From NCBI GenBank assembly GCA_964578745.1, contig CAZODZ010000003.1:265-64264 (forward strand): a stretch of 64,000 nt of DNA, written 5' to 3'. A program made the position numbers and the translations under genes. This document shows positions 9,753 through 18,808 of this stretch, piece by piece. The notes under the pieces are model-generated. The model searched no databases and was not told the origin of the DNA. It was given only the letters and a program-made list of their open reading frames with translations. How positions within the stretch are numbered: position 1 is the stretch's first letter; every line of letters begins with the position of its first letter. Source of the DNA: an uncultured Dehalococcoidales bacterium. GTDB taxonomy: Bacteria; Chloroflexota; Dehalococcoidia; GIF9; AB-539-J10.

Positions 9753-9907
9753 CCGGGACAGTTTTCGAATGCTAGAAGTGTGGGAAGCTGGTGTTTTCTG
9801 CTGACCTCGGGGCGGTCAAGAGCATGGAAGTAATCTAACAGAGGACATAGGGCTTCTCTAGGGAAGCTTTGACATAAACGGGACAAATCCTCGAAAATGT
9901 CCGCCGC

Positions 9908-10882
9908 GTGAGCGTACGTATCGTATTCATGGGTACCTCTGACTTTGGTGTACCCGTACTAACTGCTTTGGACGATTGTCATGAGGTGGTTGGTGTGTTC
10001 ACCAGGCCGGACAAGCCTGCGGGCAGGGGTAGGCATGTCGTGTCGTCTCCGGTCAAGCAGACAGCGGTCTGCCTGGGCATTCCCGTATATGAGCCGCGTA
10101 CTATGCGGTCCGAAGAGAGTGCGCGGCAACTCAGCGCGTTGCAGCCGGACATCGTTGTCGTTGCCGCGTTCGCATACGTCCTTCCTGCAAGCGTTCTCTC
10201 CATTCCTCAGTTCGGTTGTCTCAATGTGCATCCGTCTCTGTTGCCGCGGCACAGGGGATCATCGCCGGTGGCAGGTGCCATCCTTGCGGGCGATTCGGAG
10301 ACGGGCGTGTCTATCATGCTCATGGACGAAGGTCTCGACACGGGTCCAGTCTTGAGCCAGAAGAGGGTGCCGATCGACGACTGTGCTACTACGGGGAGTC
10401 TGACCGGGGTTCTCGCGCGTGTCGGTGCACAGTTGCTGCTGCCAACCATAGAAAGCTGGGTTGCGGGCACTATAGACCCTGTTCCGCAAGACGAGGCGAC
10501 AGCTACCTATACTGAACGTATTTCGGCCGGGGATGGTGTGATCGACTGGTCATGTCGGGCGGTCGACATCTGGCGGCGGGTACGGGCTTATAATCCCTGG
10601 CCGGGCTGTTTCACTTCTTGGCGGGGTCGGCGGCTCAAAGTGCACACCGCAGTGCCGCTCGATTTGCGTGTGCACGCGGAACCCGGTACGGTTGTTGCTG
10701 TGCCGAGAGGGAGCCCCACTCCTGTGGGTGTGGTGACAGGTGAGGGAGTTCTTGGGTTGCTGAGTGTACAGCTTGAAGGCAAGCGACCGATGTCTGCCGT
10801 GGAATTCCTCAGGGGCCAACCAGGTTTCATCGGAGCGATACTCTCGCAGGTGAAGCTGCCGAGGCAAAGGAGGGAGGACTGA
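9908..10882 (+). CDS. fmt: Methionyl-tRNA formyltransferase
   Basis: 324 aa with a GTG start. IVFMGT, the SLLPRHRG formyl-transferase motif and a C-terminal Fmt domain are present. It is divergent from dnaA. Confidence 0.9.
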   Translation: MSVRIVFMGTSDFGVPVLTALDDCHEVVGVFTRPDKPAGRGRHVVSSPVKQTAVCLGIPVYEPRTMRSEESARQLSALQPDIVVVAAFAYVLPASVLSIPQFGCLNVHPSLLPRHRGSSPVAGAILAGDSETGVSIMLMDEGLDTGPVLSQKRVPIDDCATTGSLTGVLARVGAQLLLPTIESWVAGTIDPVPQDEATATYTERISAGDGVIDWSCRAVDIWRRVRAYNPWPGCFTSWRGRRLKVHTAVPLDLRVHAEPGTVVAVPRGSPTPVGVVTGEGVLGLLSVQLEGKRPMSAVEFLRGQPGFIGAILSQVKLPRQRRED

Positions 10883-10883
10883 C

Positions 10884-12803
10884 ATGACAAGACTCGTACT
10901 GGAACCGTTTCGGCTGCAAAACCTCGCACTCAAGAACCGGCTCGTGTTTGCTCCCATTACAACGCGGTACGCGGATGCGCGTGGCTATGTGACGGAGCGA
11001 CTCAAGGCTCACTACGAAGTGCGGGCGCGAGGGGGTGTTGGTCTGATCGTGGTGGAGGCCACGTATATCGAACCGGTCGGCCAAGCTTTCGCTGATCAGC
11101 TCAGCATCTGCGATGATACATACATAGCCGGCCTCAGAGAACTCGCCATGGTAATCAAGCGGCATGGCTGTGTGGCTGCGATACAGCTGCATCACGGTGG
11201 ACGTCTTGCCAAGTCGGCCTTCACAGGTATGCAGCCGGTGGCGCCCTCAGCGATAGCAGATGCAGCGAACGAAAAACCGCGGGAATTGACTCTCAAGGAT
11301 ATCGAATCCATCGTGCGCTCGTTCGGCCTGGCGGCCGCACGCGCGAAGGAGGCGGGCTTCGATGCGGTCGAGATACATGGGGCGCACAGCTACCTTGTGG
11401 ACCAGTTCATCTCAGCTGCCTCAAACAAACGCACGGATCGCTACGGTGGAGACATCGCGAACAGGTCTCGCTTCATGGTTGAAGTCATTGAGGCGGCACG
11501 TGCGGCGGCGGCACCTGATTTTCCGGTTTGGGTACGTATCAACGGGCGTGAATACGGAGTGCGGGATGGCACAACTATTGAGGAAGCGATTGAAGTGTCT
11601 AAGCGTGCAGAAGCTGCTGGATCTGTGGCCATCCATGTGTCGGCGTACGGCCCGGCCACCCCGACCAACAGGACGACCGCAACCTTCCAGTCGGCTGTAA
11701 TCGCTCCTCTCGCCGCGGCGATCAAGGCCGAGGTGAGCGTCCCCGTGATTGCTGTAGGCAGAATAACTCCGCAGGCAGCCGAGGCGCTTCTGGAAAGAGG
11801 TAGTGCTGACCTCATAGCTATGGGGAAAGCATTGCTCGCGGACCCGGAGATTCCGAACAAGCTCGCAGCCGAGCGCGAGGAGGACATCCGGCCATGCATA
11901 GTCTGCATGTACTGCCGCGATGCGTTGCGCAGGGCGGATATGGCAGGAATCAGGTGCCAGGTCAATCCTTGCGTGGGGTCGGACCACGAGCCACTGCCAC
12001 CCTTGCCAGAGAGGCCCAGGCGCGTGCTCGTCATCGGAGGGGGACCGGCAGGCATGTGCGCCGCCCTTTCCGCCGCGGACAGAGGCCACAGCGTGTCGCT
12101 GTGGGAAAGGAGTGGTCAACTGGGCGGTCAACTGCTTGCCGCTGCTGTGCCGCCGCACAAGGACCGCATAGCTGCATTTACCCGGTATCTGGTTCATCGA
12201 CTTGAAGAGGCCCATGTCACGGTCGAGACCGGCAGAGAGGCCACTGTCGACTCCGTCCGTGCCGAGAACCCGGATGTCGTCATTGTGGCCACCGGTCCGG
12301 GGAAGGTCGTTCCGGATATCCCAGGACTTGACGGGGCGACAACGGTGCACGCGAGCGATGTCCTTCTGGGCGCTGTCAGGACGGGGCGGCATGTGGCGGT
12401 AATCGGTGGTGAAGTCGTTGGATGTGAGACCGCAGAGTATCTCGCTGAACGGGGCAAGGCGGTTACGTTGTTACGTCGGGGACCGGAAATGGCGATGTCC
12501 GAGAGTCCGTCACTCAGGGCGTTCTTCATGGAGAGACTTGCGAGAAAGGGCGTTGTTATGATGCCGGGCGTGAAATACAGGGAGGCGAGAGCGGGGTACC
12601 TGGTGGTGGAAATGCCCGATGGAGCGATACGCACGATTAAAGCGGACACAATCGTACTCGCCGCCGGCTCGACACCGAATACAGCCCTTGCCGAGGCGCT
12701 GCGGGGGGCTGTGCCTGAAGTCCTTCTGGCTGGTGACTGCCTCAAGCCCCGCGCAATAGTTGATGCAGTTTCTGAAGGCTGGTTGGCTGGCTTGAAAGTG
12801 TAG
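10884..12803 (+). CDS. NADH:flavin oxidoreductase / 2,4-dienoyl-CoA reductase-like (Old Yellow Enzyme TIM barrel + 4Fe-4S + FAD/NAD(P)-binding domain)
   Basis: 639 aa. It has an OYE-like N-terminus (HGAHSYLVDQF), a Cys cluster CIVCMYC...C and a C-terminal Rossmann fold GGGPAGM...GGEVVG. It starts 2 nt after the fmt stop. Confidence 0.75.
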   Translation: MTRLVLEPFRLQNLALKNRLVFAPITTRYADARGYVTERLKAHYEVRARGGVGLIVVEATYIEPVGQAFADQLSICDDTYIAGLRELAMVIKRHGCVAAIQLHHGGRLAKSAFTGMQPVAPSAIADAANEKPRELTLKDIESIVRSFGLAAARAKEAGFDAVEIHGAHSYLVDQFISAASNKRTDRYGGDIANRSRFMVEVIEAARAAAAPDFPVWVRINGREYGVRDGTTIEEAIEVSKRAEAAGSVAIHVSAYGPATPTNRTTATFQSAVIAPLAAAIKAEVSVPVIAVGRITPQAAEALLERGSADLIAMGKALLADPEIPNKLAAEREEDIRPCIVCMYCRDALRRADMAGIRCQVNPCVGSDHEPLPPLPERPRRVLVIGGGPAGMCAALSAADRGHSVSLWERSGQLGGQLLAAAVPPHKDRIAAFTRYLVHRLEEAHVTVETGREATVDSVRAENPDVVIVATGPGKVVPDIPGLDGATTVHASDVLLGAVRTGRHVAVIGGEVVGCETAEYLAERGKAVTLLRRGPEMAMSESPSLRAFFMERLARKGVVMMPGVKYREARAGYLVVEMPDGAIRTIKADTIVLAAGSTPNTALAEALRGAVPEVLLAGDCLKPRAIVDAVSEGWLAGLKV

Positions 12804-12804
12804 G

Positions 12805-13368
12805 CTAGAGACCGAGCTTGTCTCTGACCTCTCGCATCCCCATGATGGTGTCCGTGACTAGCTCTCGCAGGTCGACACCGAGACGCTCCGCGCCCTTCTC
12901 TATTATGGCGCGGTCAACTCCAGCCGCAAACGACTTGTCCTTCCATTTCTTCATCACCGACTTTGCTTCCATGTCGGCGACACTCTTTGATGGCCGCACC
13001 AGGGCGGCGGCTGTAACGAGTCCGGTGAGTTCGTCCACCGCGTAGAGCGTCTTTGCCGCCTCGGAGGTCGGCTCCTCGTCCGTGCAGATGCCCCAGCCGT
13101 GAGAGACGGCCGAATGTATGTATTCCTCAGGCCAGCCGCGCTCCTCAAGGATGGCGCGGGTCTTCTTGCAGTGCTCAGCCGGGAAGCGCTCGTAGTCAAG
13201 ATCGTGCACGAGTCCTATAATCGCCCACTTCTCTTCATCTTCGCCGCGCTTGCGGGCGATATAACGCATAACGCCCTCGACTGCATAGGCGTGCTTCAGA
13301 AGGCTGTCGCTCTTGTTGTACTCCTTGAGCAGCGCAAGTGCCTCGTCGTACGTGGGCGTGTGTTCCAT
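12805..13368 (-). CDS. HD-domain (HDIG-type) phosphohydrolase family protein
   Basis: The internal ATG at 13368 has a perfect AAGGAGG RBS. The protein is 187 aa, and HAYAVEG...GLVHDLDY supplies the H...HD metal-binding motif. The longer ORF-track N-terminal extension is rejected. Confidence 0.6.
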   Translation of the reverse strand: MEHTPTYDEALALLKEYNKSDSLLKHAYAVEGVMRYIARKRGEDEEKWAIIGLVHDLDYERFPAEHCKKTRAILEERGWPEEYIHSAVSHGWGICTDEEPTSEAAKTLYAVDELTGLVTAAALVRPSKSVADMEAKSVMKKWKDKSFAAGVDRAIIEKGAERLGVDLRELVTDTIMGMREVRDKLGL

Positions 13369-13457
13369 ATTGATGCCTCCTTGGTGGTCTGTCGGTCTGG
13401 AAAACCAGAGGAATAGACTATAGAACGAACGGCATTCATCCGCAAGGTGAGTACGGC

Positions 13458-14357
13458 TCACTCGAAACGACTGAGCCCAGCGTCGCGGCACGCGGTCAAG
13501 GCTGCCTCATACTCGCCGGGAGTGATCCGACGCGAGAGCTCCGGGTACTCAGATGCGCGGAAACAGGGCCTGTACTGTGGCATAACGTTGATGTACGTTG
13601 ATGTTGAGACCGAGGTAGCGAGAAACTCTGCAGTTGCCCGGGTGCCTGCGAGGTCGTGTGGCAGGACCAGATGGCGGACGAGCAAGCCCCGTTCCGCCAA
13701 TCCTTGTTCGTCGAATCTCAGGTCGCCGACCTGCCGGTACATCTCCTGGACAGCGGCCCTGTTGATCTCGGGGTAGTCGTGTGCATCGGACAGCCTGGAT
13801 GCCACGGTGACATCCGAGTACTTCATGTCGGGCATATATATGTCCACCACCCCATCTAGGAGCTGAAGCGTGTCGACGCGGTCGTAGCCGCCGGTGTTGT
13901 ACACGAGTGGCACGGAGAGGCCGTGCTGCGTTGCCAGGAGGACGGCCTCGAGTATCTGGGCTACGGTATGGCTCGGCGACACGAGGTTGATGTTATGACA
14001 ACCAAGTTGCTGCAGTCTGAGCATGGTCGCGCTCAACTCCTCGGTGCACATCTCAGTGCCTTTGCCAAGCTGACTTATATCGCAGTTTTGACAGTAGACA
14101 CAACGGAGGTTGCAGTTGCTGAAGAAGATTGTGCCGGAACCCTTTGTGCCGACCAGCGGGCGTTCTTCCCCGAAGTGAGGGCCGTAGTTGGCTACCCGCG
14201 CATAACGACCTGTACGACAGTAGCCGGTGACCCCGCGGGTTCGATTAGCATGGCATCGCCGGGGGCAGAGTACACAGTCCTGCAACGCCTCCAGTGCCTG
14301 TGCCACCCTGGCTTCAAGTCGACCGTCCTCCGCGAGTTGTATGTATCCTGGTCGCAT
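13458..14357 (-). CDS. Radical SAM enzyme, pyruvate formate-lyase activating enzyme-like (AmmeMemoRadiSam-type)
   Basis: 299 aa. CNLRCVYCQNC is the CxxxCxxC radical SAM cluster motif. An N-terminal CPRRCHANRTRGVTGYC extra Cys motif is typical of PflA-like/AmmeMemoRadiSam activases. Confidence 0.65.
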   Translation of the reverse strand: MRPGYIQLAEDGRLEARVAQALEALQDCVLCPRRCHANRTRGVTGYCRTGRYARVANYGPHFGEERPLVGTKGSGTIFFSNCNLRCVYCQNCDISQLGKGTEMCTEELSATMLRLQQLGCHNINLVSPSHTVAQILEAVLLATQHGLSVPLVYNTGGYDRVDTLQLLDGVVDIYMPDMKYSDVTVASRLSDAHDYPEINRAAVQEMYRQVGDLRFDEQGLAERGLLVRHLVLPHDLAGTRATAEFLATSVSTSTYINVMPQYRPCFRASEYPELSRRITPGEYEAALTACRDAGLSRFE

Positions 14358-14423
14358 GGGGCGATTGTAGCAGGGTTTCGGGGCGGTTCGCCCTGACTGT
14401 GAGGTGCTAGAATTGCGGCCGGG

Positions 14424-15620
14424 ATGTTGTCCTCAGGCGCGCCGGATAGTGGTCCTGTCGGCGCAATGTCGGGAACCAGCTACCGGCGCAACCGGGTCCT
14501 CTTCTGTGCTGCAACCTTCTTTTACTGGGCGGCGCTCTACCTGTATGTGCCGGTCCTACCTGTGTACGCCGAATCGGTGGTGAGTTCCCTCTCGATGGTT
14601 GGCATCATCATATCGTCGTATGCTCTGCCCCAACTGCTATTCCGCATTCCTATTGGCGTGCACTTCGACCGCTCCCGGCGCCGTAAGCCGCTTGTGGCCG
14701 CTGGTCTGCTTCTCGCCGGCGCGGGAGCGGCCGGCCTCGCCTTTGCAGCAGACGGCTGGACGCTCGCGGCAGCGCGGGCGGTGACGGGAGCAGGTGCAGC
14801 AGCGTGGGTGGCCTTCACCATCTTCTTCACGGGCTACTATGATTCAGAGCATGCCGCGAGGGCGATAGGTGTCATAAACTCCATCAACCAAGTGGCGCAA
14901 CTTGTGGCCACTGGCTCGGGGGGCGTAATCGCCGACGCATTCGGCTATCAGGCCGTGTTCTGCCTGGCAGCGGTGCTCGGCCTAGTGGGAGCCGGTGTGC
15001 TTGTGTTCGTCACGGAGCCTGTGCCAGCAGCCCGCTGCGCTGTGGGGGGAGGCTTCCGAACCGTGGCTGGCCGGCCGCTGCTCCTCGCGGTAGCGGGAAT
15101 GGCCATCCTGCTGCAGTTCGCGAACTTCGCAAGCGTATTCGGCTTCGTGCCCGTGTACGGGGCACGTATCGGTGCGTCGGGCAGCCAACTCGGGCTCATC
15201 ACCATGTTGACGCTCGGCTCCTCTGCAGTCGCCGCCTACTCCTGCGTGCGACTCGCTGAGAGAGCAGGATACACGTGGACGCTGATGACTGCAGCCATCA
15301 TCCTGTCTGCTTCACTACTGCTGGTGCCACACACCTCGACACCGGCGCAACTGGCTGCCGTCCAGCTGGTCAGCGGCGTCGGACGGGGCAGCCTGGCAAC
15401 ATTGTTGATGGCGCTCAGTATCCGGTCGACGTCAGCCGGAACCAGGGCGACTGCCATGGGAGTCTTTCAGGCCGTATATGCGGGCGGCATGCTTGCGGGT
15501 CCAGTCGTGTCCGGCTTTATGGCGGACAGACTCGACCTAGCGGCAGTGTTTCAGCTGAGCGCTGCCTTGTGTCTCCTCCTCGCTGTGATGGCATACCACC
15601 CTGCTGTCCGGCGCGCCTGA
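14424..15620 (+). CDS. MFS transporter
   Basis: 398 aa with about 12 predicted TM helices and Gly/Ala-rich helices. The start may be the internal M at 14466. Confidence 0.7.
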   Translation: MLSSGAPDSGPVGAMSGTSYRRNRVLFCAATFFYWAALYLYVPVLPVYAESVVSSLSMVGIIISSYALPQLLFRIPIGVHFDRSRRRKPLVAAGLLLAGAGAAGLAFAADGWTLAAARAVTGAGAAAWVAFTIFFTGYYDSEHAARAIGVINSINQVAQLVATGSGGVIADAFGYQAVFCLAAVLGLVGAGVLVFVTEPVPAARCAVGGGFRTVAGRPLLLAVAGMAILLQFANFASVFGFVPVYGARIGASGSQLGLITMLTLGSSAVAAYSCVRLAERAGYTWTLMTAAIILSASLLLVPHTSTPAQLAAVQLVSGVGRGSLATLLMALSIRSTSAGTRATAMGVFQAVYAGGMLAGPVVSGFMADRLDLAAVFQLSAALCLLLAVMAYHPAVRRA

Positions 15621-15630
15621 ACAACTGGGC

Positions 15631-15981
15631 TTAGCGGGCGCCGAACTCGTCGCATGCCTCGATCAGCTCTGTGAGGTATGAGAGGGAGGGGCCCCCACCC
15701 ATGGATACCGCAACAAAGCCAGCCTCCAGTATCTCATCACGCGTAGCGCCAAGGCTGATAGCCTTGTTGACGTGAGAGGCGATGCAGTAGTGACAACGGG
15801 CAGCGACAGACAGGGCTACGCAGATAAGCTCCTTCTGCTTTGTGTCGAGAACGCCCTTCTTCTTTGATTCCTGGCTGAGCTTTGCCCACGCCTCCAGAAA
15901 CTCGGGATCTTTGTTGCGGACCTCCTCCTTCATCGTCTCCAGTTGGTCCAGCAGGTGCTTGTAATTGCCTGAGTCGGCCAT
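15631..15981 (-). CDS. Carboxymuconolactone decarboxylase family protein (AhpD-like)
   Basis: The internal ATG at 15981 has an AGGAGG RBS. The protein is 116 aa with the CHYCIASH (CxxC...H) AhpD-fold motif. Confidence 0.65.
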   Translation of the reverse strand: MADSGNYKHLLDQLETMKEEVRNKDPEFLEAWAKLSQESKKKGVLDTKQKELICVALSVAARCHYCIASHVNKAISLGATRDEILEAGFVAVSMGGGPSLSYLTELIEACDEFGAR

Positions 15982-16060
15982 ATGTACGCCTCCTGTCGCT
16001 TTTCCTTTGTACCCGGGATTATAACAACAGGCGATACTGCGCCATTTCTGCAAGTGGTTC

Positions 16061-17266
16061 TCAGCCAGCGATGAGGTAGACAGCCAGGGCGGCAGCGATC
16101 ACTCCGATGAGGGGAGGGATCATGATGCGGTAGATATCAGACAGGCGGGCATTGAAGAATTCCGCCGATAGAATGAGGCAGAGATGCAGAGGGGAGACCA
16201 TGTAACCCAGCCCACCCCCGATATAGGCAAGGAACAGCGCATAGCTGTTCAGTTCACCGGCACTTATCATGAACGGCAGCAGCAGTGTAAATGAGATGCC
16301 CACGAAGGCCATGGACAGACCGGTGGCGAAACCGATGAGCATGGGAAGAACGACAAGGATGATCCACGTGGGCATGCCGATAGCTTGCATGTCGGAGAAG
16401 AGCGCGTATGCCGTCCCTGACGCCTCCACGATGCCTTTGTAGAGCATGACTGAGTAGAGCAAGAAGAGGACCTTCAGGCCGAGGCCATACCTGAGGGCCT
16501 CGGTAATCTCGCGTCGCGAGGCGCGTTGCTGCGCTGCAAGCAGCAACGCCGTGACCACAAACGCGATTGCCGCCTCTATGCCCGCAAGCACCATGCCGAC
16601 GAGGATTATGACTGGCCAGGCAGCGTGAACGAGCTCCCGAGTGAGCTCCCTCAAGGTGAGGCTCTGCCGGGTCTCGCAGACCGTATCACGCAGTATCCTG
16701 AAGCTCACGAGACCGCCAAAAAAGATGAAGAGGGGAATCGATGGAAGCATCGTGAGGACCACGGTCGAAAGAGGAACCGAAAGCACTGCACTGGCGGCAA
16801 TCACGCCCGGGTAAACGGGTACAGACAGTTCCCAAGTGTGCCGGAACCAGAAATTGACGTACGTGGCCTGGGCAGGGTTAAGGCCCAAACGCCGCACGAG
16901 GTCTTTCAGCGCAGTGGCGGAGACCAGTGCGCCACCGGGCATCGGCACCATTCCGATGACCGAAGGCACGATGTGTATTGCAAGCTTGGGGCCAACTGTC
17001 TCGAGAGCGCGCGCAAGCCTTACCAGCAGGCCACGCAGCTCCATGAGCTTGCTGAGGGTTAGCGCGGCGATGATGATGCCTATCAATCGGATTGTCTGGA
17101 GCGATGTGGCGGTCTGGAACATCAGCAAGGGGGTCTCGCGCGCCGGCAGAACGAGGAGCGACAGGATGAGACTTCCAACAAAGACCGCCACCCCGGGATG
17201 GACCCTCAGCCTCAGAAGGACGAGGATGAGAGTGATGGAAAGCAGGAGGACGAGAGAAGGACTCAA
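16061..17266 (-). CDS. Polytopic membrane protein, DUF401-like putative permease (paralog 1)
   Basis: 401 aa and almost entirely hydrophobic (10-12 TM). It is collinearly similar to the next gene: shared blocks include LVRLAxALETxGPxLAIHxxP..GxxPxPGGALVSATAxKDLVRRL and the C-terminal LSPLHLCLxLSAE(F/Y)F. Confidence 0.5.
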   Translation of the reverse strand: MSPSLVLLLSITLILVLLRLRVHPGVAVFVGSLILSLLVLPARETPLLMFQTATSLQTIRLIGIIIAALTLSKLMELRGLLVRLARALETVGPKLAIHIVPSVIGMVPMPGGALVSATALKDLVRRLGLNPAQATYVNFWFRHTWELSVPVYPGVIAASAVLSVPLSTVVLTMLPSIPLFIFFGGLVSFRILRDTVCETRQSLTLRELTRELVHAAWPVIILVGMVLAGIEAAIAFVVTALLLAAQQRASRREITEALRYGLGLKVLFLLYSVMLYKGIVEASGTAYALFSDMQAIGMPTWIILVVLPMLIGFATGLSMAFVGISFTLLLPFMISAGELNSYALFLAYIGGGLGYMVSPLHLCLILSAEFFNARLSDIYRIMIPPLIGVIAAALAVYLIAG

Positions 17267-17439
17267 CGCTGATGGCCCCCTGCCGTTGACTGTTTCTGGG
17301 CGGCAGGCAAGAGGGCCTGCCGGGAGAGGTTGTCAACAGGGCTATATAGGATCGGGACCACGGTTGTCATCATTAGTAAGAGACGAGAGTCGCACCATTT
17401 TACGTGACGTTCCTGCGTGCGGCAATGCTGGCTGGCCAG

Positions 17440-18651
17440 TCAGGAAAGCAGTACGTACATAAAGAACAAGGTCAGTAGAACGGCGAGAGCAGGGGGCAAC
17501 AGGTAGCGGTAGACAGAGGAGAGGCGCGCCTTGAAGTACTCCGCTGACAGGACGAGGCACAGGTGCAGCGGAGATAGAAGGTATCCCATGCCACCGGCTC
17601 CGTAGGCGAGCAGGAACGAGAGACCGTCAACCGAGTGCTCGGCAGTCAGAAAGGGAAGGAGAAGGGGAATACTGATGCCGACCATCGCCGACGAGAGACC
17701 GGACGAGAATCCTATCAATAGAGGGAGCGCCGTAAGGATGACAACAGGCGGCATGCCGATGGTCTGCATGTCGTTGAACAGCGCCTGTGCCGCTCCCGAC
17801 GCCTCTACGACTGTCTTGTACAGCATCACAGCGTAGAGAAGGAAGAGGATCCGGGGGTCGAACCCTGACCGCAGGCTATCTGCAACGTCATCGCGGGAGA
17901 CGCGCTGTGCCACGGAAAGAGCGAGCAGGGTTACCAGGAACGCGAGAGCTGCATCAAGACCAATGATTACGAGGGCCACTACAAGCAGCACTGGCCACGA
18001 TGACTGGACGATTTCCTGAGGGATACTACCACCCATGCTGTTTCCAGATGCAGGCGGAGGAGCCTTCCGCAGTATGCGGATACTTACAAGCGTGCCAAAC
18101 GCTACCATGAGCAGCCAGACAGGAGCCAGATGCAGCAGGATGAAGCTCAGGGGCACCGACAGGAAGACCCCTGCCATGATGACGCCCGGATAGACGGGCG
18201 TGGCGAACTCGCAGATATGCCGGTACCAGAAGTTGATGAAGGTTGCTTCCTCTGCGCTCAGCCTCAGTCGCCTCACAAGGTCCTTCACCGCTGTAGCCGA
18301 GACCAGTGCTCCTCCAGGAAGAGGCATGAGCCCAATGGCGACCGGTGCGACGTGGATAGCCAGCCTCGGGCCTATGGTTTCCAGTGCGTTGGCCAGGCGC
18401 ACCAGCATTCCCTTCAGTTCCATGAGGCGACTGAGTGACAGGGCACAGACGATGATGGCGAGGAGTCGCAGCGTCTGGACACTGGTCAGAGCGCTGAGCA
18501 TGAGCCGGGGAGTCTCGATTGGTGTGAGGACAAGCAGCGATAGCGCGATGCTGCCACAGAAGACGGCGAGCCCCAGCTGCATCCGGACGCGCAGGAGCGC
18601 CAGTACAAGAACTATGGAGGCCAGGAGCGCGAGCGACGGGCTCATCGGCAC
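17440..18651 (-). CDS. Polytopic membrane protein, DUF401-like putative permease (paralog 2)
   Basis: 403 aa, a tandem paralog of 16061..17266 in the same orientation, separated from it by 173 bp. Confidence 0.5.
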   Translation of the reverse strand: MPMSPSLALLASIVLVLALLRVRMQLGLAVFCGSIALSLLVLTPIETPRLMLSALTSVQTLRLLAIIVCALSLSRLMELKGMLVRLANALETIGPRLAIHVAPVAIGLMPLPGGALVSATAVKDLVRRLRLSAEEATFINFWYRHICEFATPVYPGVIMAGVFLSVPLSFILLHLAPVWLLMVAFGTLVSIRILRKAPPPASGNSMGGSIPQEIVQSSWPVLLVVALVIIGLDAALAFLVTLLALSVAQRVSRDDVADSLRSGFDPRILFLLYAVMLYKTVVEASGAAQALFNDMQTIGMPPVVILTALPLLIGFSSGLSSAMVGISIPLLLPFLTAEHSVDGLSFLLAYGAGGMGYLLSPLHLCLVLSAEYFKARLSSVYRYLLPPALAVLLTLFFMYVLLS

Positions 18652-18808
18652 CCCGGGACATGCAGCAGAGTCACAGAATGGGAATTATACGCGCATCGGA
18701 AAGAGGCGCAATGGCCTTCGCGGCAGGCAGGCGCTCCACTGTATGCGACGGCATTGGATTCGTATACAATCGAGCTCTGGTACTCCATGGCAGACGAAGG
18801 GAGGACTC

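Noticed and set aside
9869-9898. TTGACA...GAAAAT sigma70-like promoter immediately upstream of the fmt GTG start
   Set aside because: The -10 match is weak (4/6). The implied transcript would be nearly leaderless. It is kept only as a low-confidence note.
11421-12392. 323-aa and 204-aa minus-strand ORFs antisense to the OYE/FadH-like gene
   Set aside because: They are antisense to a protein with clear flavoenzyme motifs. The composition is Arg/Ala/Pro-rich and GC-driven.
18200-18808. 5' extension of the 18200..19348 ORF across the membrane-protein gene
   Set aside because: It overlaps the 17440..18651 membrane protein on the opposite strand. An RBS-supported ATG at 18809 yields a compact 180-aa protein.
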